Shown here piece by piece: positions 11,327 through 25,300 of a stretch of DNA of 64,000 nt (position 1 is its first letter; the number at the start of each line of letters is the position of its first letter). The notes below the pieces were generated by a model that ran no database searches, was not told the DNA's origin, and was given only the letters and a program-made list of their open reading frames with translations. The DNA comes from Ascidiella aspersa (lineage: Eukaryota). The stretch spans positions 15,934,001 to 15,998,000 of the forward strand of contig OZ004608.1 of the NCBI GenBank assembly GCA_963924565.1, given 5' to 3'. The translations under genes and the position numbers were made by a program.

Positions 11327-13187
11327 AGCACTTTATCTGTTTGCTGCGACAGCCTCACTGCACTAGATCGACACTGCACGCCGAAAAGTGTAATGCGCAT
11401 GAATTGACAGACCGAGTTTTGTGCACGCCTTTGCGCAGACACAAATGCTGGTCACGAGCTCGGCCCGGCCGTTCGTGACAAGGCAAAAATAGCCTCGAAT
11501 TCAAGGAAACAGTAAGAGGCGTCATTCGAAGGGTCGCGAAATGCCACCGGAACAGTTACACACGTGGGTTATTCGTGTGTCTGTTCCAATTAGATATTCA
11601 TATTAAGTTTCCAACGTCTGAAAGCCTTTTAACTGTTTTTTATTTTGTATGTTTTTAGATCCACGGCTAACGGTGAAAAGCGTTCATCGTAGTACTAGAG
11701 AAAAGGTTTTCTGATCACTTCCAAAATACATAGCCAAATGTTCCACTATACAAAATACCCCATATCAAAATTTTGCGTATAAACGTTTTTTGTAATAACT
11801 CGGATGAGCAAATCGCCCACAAGAGAAACGACTGTTATGGCTCCCATAATAAAAATTGTTAAGAAATATTAGAAAATTGTTTTTATTTACATCAGAGATA
11901 AACACGAAAATACCTATAATTACACCTAGGTAATATATATTATAGCGCGCAAAAGCACCGAACAGCTTGTTTTTACATCATATTACAAGGTTAACTTCTT
12001 CGAACCGTTGAACGGAAATAAAACTGTTGACGTGATCATGTTTTCATGTGCAAGTTTGTTATTTCTGACTGGGATGACGGAAGCAATGCAATTATATATA
12101 AGTTTCCCATTTCAAACGACTTAACGCAAATAGACTGACACACAAAATAGCAGCTCATTCCAAACGACTTAATGCAAACAGACCGAAATACGTAGTAACA
12201 TATAGCGGCAACAGAACACACCCTACAAGTTTAAAATGTAATCTAGAGCGTAAGTTGCTGTTATGCATTCAAATCGGGTAGCTTCGCTTTAACTTTTTTT
12301 GAACAATTTATTAAGGGAAAACTTTGTCGAATGCAAATTTCATTTGCTTATTTTTTTAATTTTAACTAAACGACAACTTCCAAATACTAATATATTTTAA
12401 TAATAGTTTGTTTTAACCTATTCTATTTTTAATATTAACCAAGTCAAGTAAGTTTGAAACAAACTGGTATATTCGGCCCACGATTTTTGATCGTTTAGTA
12501 ATCCGGCCCGCAACCACCAGTTTTGAAATTCGGCCGACCATGTAAATAGTATTTCGTGCAGACATCGAAGCTGAGTCGGTTAACCTTAAAGTTACTCACC
12601 CTTCCGCATTTTCGACGAAGTAGACTTGCCAAGTCACAGTCCAATTAGTGTGGCTCAAGCTTTTTTTATTTTTAATGTTAGTTTGGAACATTTCAAACGA
12701 CACCGAAAAAAGCAAAAATACCGAACATATCGCAAAAGCGGATCGTACAGCAGATAAGCATGGTGGTAAAATAATACTGAAAAACAAACACAAAACGAAG
12801 ATTCCAAAACAGGCGCGATAAAAAGAAAAAACAATGCTAAATTAAATTGACGACATAATGTTAAGAAGCTGTCCATAAACATGGCGTCAAGTTCAAGTAG
12901 GATTAAGAATTAGAATCCACTATTAAGCAGTGGTTAAATAAAACAGGTTAAACGAATTAGCGAAACAAAATATAAGTGTCGCTAACAAAATACATCAGGT
13001 AATAAAGCACCAAAATAAAACAAATAATTCCGGTTGAGCATACTCGTGAAAATGGCACCAAAAGCTGTACGTGATAAAAAACGAAGGGCGGTGGTGTAGC
13101 GCTGCAAACCCGGGCTACGTCATAAAAAAGTACACAAGCGGCATGATAAGTCGAAAAACTGGAATCGCGTGGCAAAAATTTACGTGA

Positions 13188-13365
13188 TTACGGTATCTCA
13201 AAGTATCCGGACACAACTAGGTCGGTAAGGACGCTGTCATTGACGATGGAGCGGCAGTCCATTCCGTCCTCTCCAATAACAAAGGTGTCCTCCGGTTCGA
13301 AAAGGCCGTCCTTGTCCTCCAGTTGGCATAGCAACGTGTCGTCCTCGTAGGTCGGAAAGTAGTAC
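13188..13365 (-). CDS. ZNF277: ZNF277 last exon
   Basis: YYFPTYEDDTLLCQLEDKDG...GYFEIP*; acceptor TTTCAATTAG. Confidence 0.93.
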
Positions 13366-16300
13366 CTAATTGAAACACGCTAAGTTTAATTGCAGCCCCG
13401 TAAAACAATGTTCGCGATTCGACATGTAACTTAATAAGACACTTTAAACAACATTTGAAAGTTCACTTATACATTACACTAAATTTTCGATTTAGCTCTC
13501 GTAGCCTTACTTTGTTCTATTAACGAAAAGTCTTACCACTTCCTGATTTTCGGAGTGGTTTAACTTTTATATCTCGTGCGTATAAAAAACACACAAAAAC
13601 ACCTTCATTGAAACTAGCCACGCAATCCTCACTAGTAAATATTGTAATCAATGTCCGTTGAAGAAGTACTGGCCAAGGATTTGTAACAGTGGTTGGTAGT
13701 TATTTCTCGACCTAGTCACTAAGCATGGCCGAAGTTCGTTAGTACGAACCTCACCGTAGGCTACATTTTTTGAGCCTTGCTTGCTTACAATACAATACTG
13801 ATAAGGCCAACTCATTTCGGTAATAGCCTTTCCGAAAGCACCCGGGGTTATATTCGCTTGGTTGGCTCTTTACGTTTTAGTTGCTGAACGCAAGAGACAC
13901 AAATTTAGCAAAAATATTCTCTTTAAGTGTCGGTTTAAGAACTCGCTTTAAGGACCCGTCGCTACTCGCTACTTACTGCGGCTGATTCCAGTCGGTCGAT
14001 GTCTGTATCATCTTGAGCACGCTCCCAGCCAGCTTGTTGTCGTCGTCTCCGCTAACAGCGCGAAAGATACGCGCCTGGCGCCGGATGTAGTTGATGAGCT
14101 TGATCTGTTGGTAGAAGCTCATCTGCATCTCTTGGCGCATCGCCACGAAGTCGAAGCGGTGCTGGTCCTGGGTAAAGTTGACAATTATTTGCAGCTGATC
14201 GAATGGTGGTCATAGGTTAAAATACCGCGACAACAGCACAAGTGTTTGTCCAGTTTATAATCAAGCCTATGGTCACGCTTTTGTACAGTACTCACTATAT
14301 TTTTTCTCCCTGTGAATATTTTATAAACGTGAAAGGTAAGGTCAACCAGTTTTTATACGATAAATTAATATCAGCAAAATAAAGCGAAATCGAATTATAA
14401 ACGACCAATATATGAATTTCGAAGCTGCAAATATTTGGATTTAGGGTTGGGTCCGGGGTTCACACGGGTTGAAAAGCTGAATGAGTGTCAGGAGTGTTAT
14501 TCACAAATCGAACAGTAAAACTGTCACACGAAGGCGCTAGTAGCGCAATGATTTTGAACAGAAATAAAAGTTCGCGGATACGTTTATACTGGGAAAACGT
14601 AAGCTCGTGGTTAAGTATGAAACTACGACCCCCCTTAAAGCTGACTTATTAATCTTAACAAACAATGTTATTTTAAACATTCCAGAATACGAACAACAAT
14701 GAGATTAAAATATTGCACATTAACGAGACCCAAAACATAATTGGTAACACAAAAATCTACATCATTTAAAAAAATATATACAAAACATTAGCATTAGCTG
14801 ACAATGTACAACTCTACGTGACCAAACAATACGAAAATAGATTTTAACATGGCCAACCGTGTGATTAAAATCAGTCCAACCCCAGTTGCCGCACCTCGCC
14901 AATTCAACTAAAATTGAAAAACGACCACCGGCCAAAAATCTAAGAGGAGGTATCGAATACAAGTGTACAAACAGCATATGGGATACGACGAAGGAAAGTT
15001 GCAATTTGTATTGCGTCGCTAACTATAACATATTATTAAGTGACGTTTAAATAAAAAAGTGTTGAAGCTGAAGCGAAAATTGTATACAAAGTTCAAATAC
15101 GAAAAGTTAAAAAAAAAATTGCTAGAACACACTATTTTTCACTTTGCACTATGGTATCACTTTATCATTGGCAAACATATGGTGTTTCTTCATAGTTAAA
15201 ATTTTACAAGCGGATGCTTATTCAAGCATAAATCAGATTTACCAAGGAAAATCATGAATCATCGTGTGAAAATACGTTTCGTCGAACGCGGTTTGCCTAA
15301 TTACAGTTTTTAGATAAAATCGTGTATTTCGACAGCCATGTCAAATTTAACATGTCAGCAGCTTGTGCAGTTTTGAGTGTTTAAATATAGTCATATTAAG
15401 ATTTCCATTTACTGTACTTCAAATATCACCAAATTTACGTATTATTTCGTTTATATTTTGTTTACTGCTTTTGCAATGCATTGGGATGCTGCTTTATTAT
15501 TTAGAAAACAAGATTTATAACAGTCTGTATTAGTTTGAACCCAAATCTACAAACGTATAGTTTTTATTTGGGTATACACTATGCACGGATCTGTAATGTA
15601 GCTTAATAATGAATTACAAAGCTAAAAAGGTCGAGTAGATCAACATCATTTTGATTAAGACGTTGCGATACTAGCTTGTACCGTCTTTAGTTAAGTGATG
15701 ATTGAATTGCTTCTCAGACACATTATCTGAAGATGATACAAGCTCGTATCGAAACGTCTTACAAGATGATGTCGATCTACTCGACCTTTTTGGCTTTGCA
15801 ATTCATTTTTAAGGTATAGTTTTTATAAGGTTAATAAGTCGTTTTTTTGTCACGCAAGATACAACATATTTATGTGAAAGCAATTGACATATATATTTGC
15901 CTTTGGCTACAAATAACATAATTTGTGAAGTTAAAAAACTTTGAGTTCTGATCTTCTAAAAAGTCGCGTCACAATGAACAGGCAAATTAAGACCAGTGAT
16001 TGTCGATGTTGCATTGTCGTTCGCTAGTATCTTTTGGTGCAATTAAGCAAACAAACGGGAATGGCGACAAATACGTGATCCACTGTAATAACGGAAATTC
16101 CCCGGAGGCGGAAACGGCTTCGCGCGTCAACAAATGAGAAAACTGTGTCTATGGCGGTAGAACTTGCCTTCAATTAGCATCAGCGGGTATTCACGCGCAC
16201 AAAATAGTAGAAAGAAGAAAAAAGTGATGAAGTAGCCTGTAATTTTGGAGGCCATTATCGTAGACGAATTGTCAAATTAGCTCAAATACTGTTAGAAAAC

Positions 16301-19300
16301 AACACGGCATTGTCTAAGAAGCCCATTTTAGACGGATATGCGGTGTACAACAAAACAAGAGTACAAAGATAAACATACCAAAAGCCACACATGTAGTGGG
16401 TGTATTTTGAATTTTGTGACAAAAAGAAAAAACCTACACCTTAACCAACGCACCACTGATGGTTATAAAAAAAAAAAACGATGATAAATTTTGTGATCGC
16501 AAGTTGATCACAGAATCAGATCAAGATACAACAGAACTGCTCAAACAATCAGACAAGTAGTCGAAAATGTACAAAACTACTATCTCTTACTTCCACTGAC
16601 AAAACAACAAGCAATACAAACTTTATTAAATGACTAATTAAAAACGCAGTATTAATCAGAAGACGCGTGACAAAGCGGCGAAGAAATTACTGCTTAACGG
16701 CAAATAGTTTCGCTGAATTAGTTCCAATTCCTAAAGTAATATAAAGTATCTGTGGAATAAATTAAAAGGTCGCAGACAAAATTTTTCGAAACTGTTCGCC
16801 CTGGGCGCGTTGGCCATTAATTGTTCTATAACTTGTGATCATTTAAAAAGAAGCAATAGTACGATCGGGGTCATCTATAATTGTCAAGACCTAACACTTT
16901 TTTTGCTTTATTATTTTCACTGTTGTAAGTTTCTCGTAGGAAGTTAACTTTACGAGACTCTTTCTAGGACTAATACAAGTCATGTCGCAAGAAGGAGAGT
17001 CGAATAATATCAAACCGTGATCAGTAAATCATGATGTTAAGAAATCAATTTTGTTTTGAACGAAAAAAATAAAGGTGACAAAGGCAATAGATAGGATGTT
17101 ACAAATCGTTTTTAATAAAGAGAAAAATTTTCCGAGGGGTTCGTAAACAAAAAAATCATTAAGGGGGACATTGGCATCCGCAACTCAAAAAATACAGCCA
17201 AATGTTGAGAAGTTTAAAAGCCGAAATACATCATTATAAATAATCAATTGACTATAGTTTATAACGTTGCGGCATTGACAATTTGTTTATCGAAAAAAGT
17301 TAGAAAACTAACCTTCATGTGCTGGTAAGCGTCCTCGGAATGTTCGAAAGATTCTGGGCAGAAGAAGCAAACGCAGGTCTGACTTGCCTCGTACCAACCC
17401 GACCAATCTCTGCAAAAAGACGATCACGTTTTTGCTCTAAGGAAATTTAAAAGTAAGCGACGAATGCGAATAAGACACGGCCCGTTATACGGCCATCGCG
17501 TGATACCGGGAAAGTTAAGTCGGTCGAATTTGTTGCTGGATCGGTATTGTGTTGTGTACACGAGCGTAGCGTGTCGATTTAATTAAGGAAAATGATGGGA
17601 TTGGCGGTGTCCTGCTGCCGCACAATTAGGAGAATTCGCTCGGGGTATGAATGGCGCGCCTATGCGAAGATTTTCTTCCCCGTCGCTATAACTCGACACG
17701 CTTATCTGCGGTCGCCCACGATGGGAATGACGTCAAAGAAGGTATTTTGCGCGGCTGCGGCCGCACGGACACTTTTGCAGCACGTGATAATTTTCGTGCA
17801 AAGTTTGACTTTCGCATAAGCCGGTTTCTGTATGGAGAAAAGTCGGCGTTTTTGCATGGCCCTACAGAAATCGATTGACTTTCAAAGGTAGGAAAGAGAG
17901 TTAAAAGGAACTTCCTATTGTGTTTTATGCAGAAATGAAAAATTGCAAATTGGGCTAGTGGTCGTCGAGTTGGGCAGAATAAATCAACGCGATGCTGAAA
18001 AATGTACAAATTTGGTCATAGTGTGGCTTGTGGCTGCAAAGCACTGTATAAACTATATAAACTGCGTTTATACCTAGAGCACTTATTGGGTAAAGTCTAA
18101 TGTTGGGGGAGTTTTTAGAAAAATTGTATCCGATTTATAACATAATTTGACGTAGGAAAGTACTAAGAACTCGCCCGAAGTTAAAAATGTAAATAGTAAC
18201 AACGTATGACGTGGCAATGTTTGTTGTTGGCGACGTGCAACTTAAAACGACAAACGAACCACATCACTACTTCGCATCAGCTATTGAGAGCAGAAGTACA
18301 TATGATTCACGAACATCATAAATGTATATTGATTCTGCTATTTACTGTTTTCGGTAAAATAAATTTCGGAAAGAAATGTCGAGATATTGGTGACTTGCAA
18401 AGCAAGCCAAAAGTTGGCCGTAAACATCGCAACAATATGACGCAACAAACTTGAAAAATTATGTCAAAAGGAAAAATATAAAGCTTGACGACGCGAGACA
18501 AACTTCCTACTATTCCTATGTTTGTAACACACGTATATTAATTGTAACATTTGTTCTTTCTTACACATATTGGCAAGGTAAGAAGTCGGAAGTATTTCTA
18601 AACAATAAACTTTCATTTACAAAAAAAATATTAATTTTCATTTCACAAAAAGATACCTAACTTTTGATATTTAATACTTTTGTCGCATTTAGGGAAATGC
18701 CCTAAGGTCTGGTCACCTTTCGTTGTGGCCCTAAGCTCCCGTGAAAAAGTATGATTGTTTTTCAAAAAACGTGTAAGTATAAAGGCAAATATAACACACG
18801 CATTACAAAATACAAACTGGAACTGTTCAAAGTTTCTGCTTAAGCCAGGACTAGATTAAATGTTGGCCTCAGCTTCAACATCTTAATTAATAATACTGCA
18901 CAAACATTGCGATTGAAGTAATCGATAGAGGAGGTGCAAATTAGAAGGTTAGCAAAACATTGTTTGTAGGTCATTGTAGGTCAAGTACAAGAGGTTATGT
19001 ATTCACAAAGACAAACAATAGCACGAAACACTGTGGGTATAGGAGAAAACCAAAGGGTATACGGAAAAAACACCAACAAGGGGTATACCGAAAAAACTAA
19101 AAGGGAATAGGGGAAAACTTAAACGGAACATTATATAGGAATATAGTTTTTTTTTTAGAACACACTGCCATTGAATCATTGCTGATACAAAGCAAATTCG
19201 TCGAAATCGGCCAATCCTTTTCGCGCCAACGGATAGACCCAAAACAATTCTATCCATTTAAACCATAATCAGGTTCCTAACTTAACAAGGATGGGCGAAA

Positions 19301-22300
19301 ACGTACACTTTAAGATTGCTCTGTATTCAAGGGTTGTAGCGTTTTTCGCAAATTGATGTGTCTCGTATTCCTGAAAAATGCGCAACTGCGAAATATTCAA
19401 GTCTGCGAACCACAACAGACAGTTGAGAAACCTTTTTCGCGAGGTAATTTAAAGGTTTATCTTAATTAAAATGCCGCCATGAGGTGATTGACAATACTTG
19501 TCTCACTACTAATCATTAAAAGCTGCAAAAGTGAGTTTGGTTTGTTAGGCCTACCGTTGTAAGACCGTCAACCAATAAGAAAATTTAACTAACGCTCTAT
19601 TTTTGCTGTGGATGTGCCGTACCGCACAAAAGCGAATAAATTAACACAAAAAATAAAAAGAGTGTCACAGGGCCCGCCAACATGAACTATTTCATCACAA
19701 TAAAGATTCAGTGTGATAAGAATAAAAATACCAATAAAGTTTCCGTTCCACTTAATCTCAACAACTTAATATGACTATAGCCTCCTAAATAATTGGCTTC
19801 ACGATACGTCAGACCAGAAAAACATATTTGTGAGAATATGGGCGGAAAATGACACAAAACACGCACAAAGGGGGTGGAGATCGGGCCCTGCCCCGCTCAA
19901 ATGCAGACAGCTGGTTCAACGTAAAAAGGTCAAAATCGTCGCAACAAAGCGCCGCCCTTCTCCGACGTCTCATGCTAGACGGGTGGGGTAAGGAGAAGGG
20001 GTCGGCGGGAGAAGGACGGTGGGTCAGGGTGAAAGCAGCAACAATGGGGCTCCTGTGAGAAAGAGAGGCCGACTTCGGTAAAAGCGACGAACGTTAAGGG
20101 TAAACGATCGTCGGGCCTTCTACGTGTGTAGGTGCACGGCGCGATTCGGGCACCGCGGAAGTCTGGGAAACTACACTCGCGATTCGATGTCGTCGGGGAC
20201 GTTATTTTTAGCCGCTGCTGACGATTCGCCTTTCGCTTTGACTTTACGGTTTGGTGAATGCGGTTGGCTACACAACCGCATCAGACTTTACCGTATTATC
20301 TTCGTGCTATTTTGTTGGTTTTATGCCCCGGCGGAAACTTTATATTTACACCGCGTACAAAAAGCACATGCACACTTTTATAAACAAGGGTTTTCAATAA
20401 ATTTTGTCAGTCAAGTTTAAAACAGAGCGTTTTTTAATTATTCTAAATGCTTTTTCGGAGAAAAATACGGACACTTTGATAAATTATATGAAAATACTTT
20501 TCAGACAATTTTGATTTAAACAAGAATTTGTCTGTTCAATTTTATTGTCAGCGAGAGGTACATTGCGTAAGGGATCGGATGTTTTATTTCAATTAGTCGA
20601 GTTTTCATTTTACTTGGTCATCATTCGACTTTATCGAGCATCTATAAACAAGCCTTATCGTTTCTACCTCTACATATCACCAAGTGTACTACAAGACGAA
20701 GCGTGTTAATCTGGGCGTTTTTACAAATGTTTACCGGTGAGTCGAATACTGGCCCCGAGGGCTCATAAAGAAAATAAATAATCTTCAACTGATAGAGACA
20801 AGAAACGCCAATGCTATAGTTTTGTTTATATACTCAGTGTTGCCTGCGGTTTAATAAGCTAATACCTTCGGCGCCGGGGTATAATGGAAGTGTTGTGTAA
20901 GAAGGTTGCTCACGCAAACACCAAAATGCGATTGAGGGCAGTTAGGATTTGGCCAACAAACCGTTTCGAGAAATGAAAATCCATTGTTGGTTTGTTTGCT
21001 GCCTCGCGGCATTAACTATGTGTTTATTATAAAGTACAAATCGACCAAAACACCGGACGACATTAGGCACATCTCCTGAGCGGATTACAAACACGACGAA
21101 TTTACCAAACGCTCTAAAGCGCTTGAAAAAAAAACGAAAAATAAAAACCGGTTTGACCTAAAACTCAGATTATAAATCGATTCGATTGGAGTTTTTGCTT
21201 GTTCGATAAACACACTTCAGTCACAAGTTTAATTACGAGTTGGTGGCTCGTAGTTTAGATGCAAGGGTAACTTGAAATAAAGCGAGTAGAATGTGGTCAG
21301 TTACGTTAAGACAATTTCGGCTTATGTTGAAAAAGAAAAAGCGTCCTATAAATCAAGATAATACGTTTTACAAAATTGACATATCGACAAATTTCGCGCA
21401 AACATACTCGCAGCTTTAATCCTGTACATCACTAGAAAGCCACAATGCCGTCGTGTGGAATTACCAGTCGAATAATGTGGGATTTTCTGTGTATGCCAGG
21501 ATAACGGCCTCGGCAAAAATGGGTACTAACGTGGCTACTTTAAAAGTGGCCGGCACCCTTTTTTAAACTTGTTCGAGGGCATGCACGTGTCCCGAGCGAC
21601 AAAAAAAACCGATTTGGCTTGATGTGGCTCTTGAAAACTGACTTAAATGAGAAACAATTGCTCGAAAAATAGCCTAAAAACCAACCGGCCCTTTTCAAGG
21701 ATCCAAATAAACTGGCCAAGATGTACTAGGAAGACCGTAATACGTAAGTCGCTGCTAGAACGAGCGGATTTCGCGTTCGCACTTGTCTGCGATTCGGTGA
21801 CAGCCAGACGTTTATAATCCTATTTGAAAGCGAGCGCAGGGAAGGTGAGCGTGACTTTTTTCTCTCCGACATTTCTGTTGCGACGACATTGAGGAAAGGA
21901 CTGGAATCTTAGTGGAGCGATTTGAATAGCGTTAGCAGGCAAGTTGGCGTTTTCGCATATTTTGTGCCATCGTGTGTTTTTATCTTAGGGCTTTCCGCGC
22001 ATTTATTTAGCTGAAACCTTATTGCATTGTTGTTTTCAGTTGAACCACAAGGAAAGTCATCGAAATGCAAAGGCAATATAAACACAGAGTAAGGAAACCT
22101 AAGGCTTAAATTGATTTAATTTTACAGTAGTGAGTGGAACTTCTCCTGAAAGTACTACATTTTATGAGGATAGTATTTAACGTTCAGAACAGAGCTGACA
22201 ACAGCAGAAGAACTTTAAGAATGTGAATCATTGTGTATTTTAAAGGTTCATGCTAACTACACTTGGCTGCGGTTTTACGACTGCTGTGCTAACAGAAGTT

Positions 22301-25300
22301 CGCCGTTAAACTGCATTCAAAGAATGGCAATCACGTCACAATGGAAATAACCGTATCGTTAAACTTTCGACTCGGGCGTCGCCACCCTCGGTCAACCAAT
22401 ACAATCGCCCTTTTATTGCACACAGGTTACACTTAAAACGGGACAGTCTGCCTAATGTTCGGGTACAGCCAAGGGCCGCAGACGGACGCAGAGTGCGGAT
22501 TTTCGTCGCGCTTAGAGCGAGCGGCGACGCGAAAGGTGAGAGGGGCGCGCTGTCGCATACTTGGGATTTTTTTCGCAGAACCAGAAAAAAAAATGAAAAC
22601 GGAACGGCGGCTTTATCGCAAAGCCGTAATTATGAGCGCTGGCAGGGCGCGCGAGCCAGCAAGAAGCGGCTGTTGCTTCCAGCGATAGAGAGGCTGCTTT
22701 ATGTGCTGTGACGTTGGTGCAGCAGCGCGACAAAGAAGTGACTTTTCGAGTCGCATTAGCGACCAGAGCCGCAGCAAAGGCGAGACGAGGCGCTATTATT
22801 AGATGGCAGATAAAAGCACACAAGCATTAGCGAAAGGTCCGTGAGGCGGCGACTGCAAATGGTGCATATTTCTCGAGGTCGACAAAACATTCCCGGCATC
22901 ACGCCGTTGATTTTTAAGTAGAGAAAAAACAGCGCCAGGTAAGGCTTGTGCTGGCTGCAGTCGAGCGCATCCGAGGGTGGAAAGGTGTTTAGGTTTGTCT
23001 CCAGGCAAGTGATCTGCCCTTGCTTAGAAATGTATACGGACTCGACGGTTTTGTCTTTGCTTAAAGGTCGCCCGGATCGCGCCCAGTAACGCGTGTCTAT
23101 TCAAACGCGCCGAGTCGAAAACTTGAAAGCAATCCTGTCGAAAGCCGAGGCGAAGTTTGCGTGAAAAGGCGCGACAGGTCTTTGTTTACAAACCCTCTGT
23201 CGGGCAAAAGCTGAGCTTCGCCATCAAAAAAAGGTCTCAGAAAGCGGCGATTGTTGGTGCTGGGGACAATAAAGCAGGCGCTGAATCACGGTTTGGCCAT
23301 CTTGTCAACAAAACCTCGCGCTCGCTGGCATGTGAAGGTGCCATTGACAGGAAATATTTGGCGTTTCGCCTGAGCGGTTAAGGCCTCGTCGCCGGTAGGA
23401 CAGTACGGACGACGCTTGAATGTAAAAAGAGAAGCGCTGATGGCTGACTGACTGTACGCGCTAAAGTAGCTAGGTATCAGCGTAAAGCCGGCGAGGAATT
23501 GTTAACGGCGCACGCCAGACTGGACACGTATAAGGCGAAAGTGGAAGACGCATAGAAGCAGCTAGCTTGCTGCACACGCGCCCACAAGAAAGAATCGAGC
23601 CTCAAAAATGCAGTCTTTGTCTCGGAGCGCCGACGCAGCGGCAGATTAGCGATCAGTAACAACATAGCTGAACGGCTTCGGCAAGAAAAGCTAGAAAAAT
23701 TGCGGCGCGAACGGAGCTTATTTTTTGCAGGTCAGAGACAGAAGCAGGTAACTATAGCCAACTCTTTAAAGCGTGACGGCAATAACTGCACTGATGTGTT
23801 GCCTTTACCTAGAACCGTTATTGGGCTTAGGCACATTAAAATGTTTGATCGCTCGCCCGTGAATTAGCTTTTAGCGTTGATTGGCGTTAGAAGAAGCTTA
23901 ATCTGCTTCTTTAGCTTCGGTCGCGGTTCAAAGAGTATTGAGCCGATCAAGATCAACTTTTTACAAGTTGATGTAAACTGCCTGAAATAATCTCTGGTTT
24001 TAGTTGTAGAGAATGTTATAGATTACAGGATGCGGTGGTTTTACTAGTCTACATGCAAACAGAATAGAAATAACTTTAGTTTTTTGTTAGTTCAAAATAT
24101 TAAACAGGTGACTGTAGCTTAAGCAGACAATCACTCAGCAAAGTTTAACATATATTAAAACTCTTACAGTTTCTAAAGATGTTTATTTATATTCTTTATC
24201 GTGCTTCCAATTTTGAAGCAGTACAATCTTCCTAACAAAAACGTAAACGTAGTCAATGTTTTACTGTTAACAGTGGAACTTAACTAGGTTTTTGTTTCAC
24301 CATTTTCGAAATTTATAAAAAAAATAACGTAGCTGGTCACGGCCTGAAGGTCAATACACTTTTGCAGCTATCGCAAATTGGTCAATCTAAAAAAAATAGT
24401 GTATGTTACGTGACCAGGGTAGAAATTGGGACCAGTCAGGCTTTCGAGGCGACCATGCGTAAACTGGCCTAAAATAGCTAGAGGCGTAAGCGGCAGAAAA
24501 CACAGGAGATTTATGAATGGAAAGATCGCCGGACGAAGAAGGGGATAGCGGGCGGTTGATTGTGACGCGTCAATGGTCGCACCACTCCTTGAAATAAGTT
24601 CATGGTCAGGTGCGAAAGCTGAATCAGTACAAATTAGCAACGCATACTCGATCGCCTTGGTCAGGTTCCTGCTCTGACAGTTGTTTGTTGTCGTTTGACC
24701 ACCAGCCCTATGAGACCCACAGCACGCCGGCAAAAGGGGCAAGGAGTTAAGTCATGTGTAAAAATAACAAAAATGGAAAGTTTTCTAAAGTAAGAGCCTA
24801 TTTCCAAGATTTGCATGTATTCACGAGAGCGTGTAATTGGCAGACTGTTAATCCTAAAGGGCAAGCCGGCAGCGATTCGCTTAAGCCAGGACCGATTTGC
24901 AGAGTAATGAGCAGTTGGTCGAGACCTTTGCCGTAATCACTAAATTAAACCGACTCGTTTCTGTTGTGTATCATGCGTGTGTTGAGAAAAGCCTGATGCT
25001 AATACGCACAAAGATGGGTTATTTTGGAATAGAGATTAGCAGTAAATAAACATAGGTCTTTGGAAAAAAGTAGACGAAAGAAAGTTTTAGGCCGGCTTTA
25101 AACAAGAGACGCGAAACTTATTTTCCCATCTCGGACTTTTACAAATAAAGTAAGGCTATAGTTTTCCACCCTGTGTTTTCAAGCGTTTTGACATTTTAGC
25201 AAAAAAACACAGCGTGGATACGACGGCCGACCTATTTTGTTGAGCGAAGCTTGTGTGCGATTTTTCCACGGCGAAAACTTGACACCTAAGTTAGTGTCTT

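Noticed and set aside
12460-12540. Repeated CGGCCC motifs resembling hAT subterminal sequence
   Set aside because: No TIR pair or TSD could be identified.
23731-23747. 17-nt TTTTGCAG|...|GTAACT micro-exon, and a 15-nt one near 32862-32876
   Set aside because: The splice signals are plausible, but there is no coding or other support. Not called as features without transcript data.
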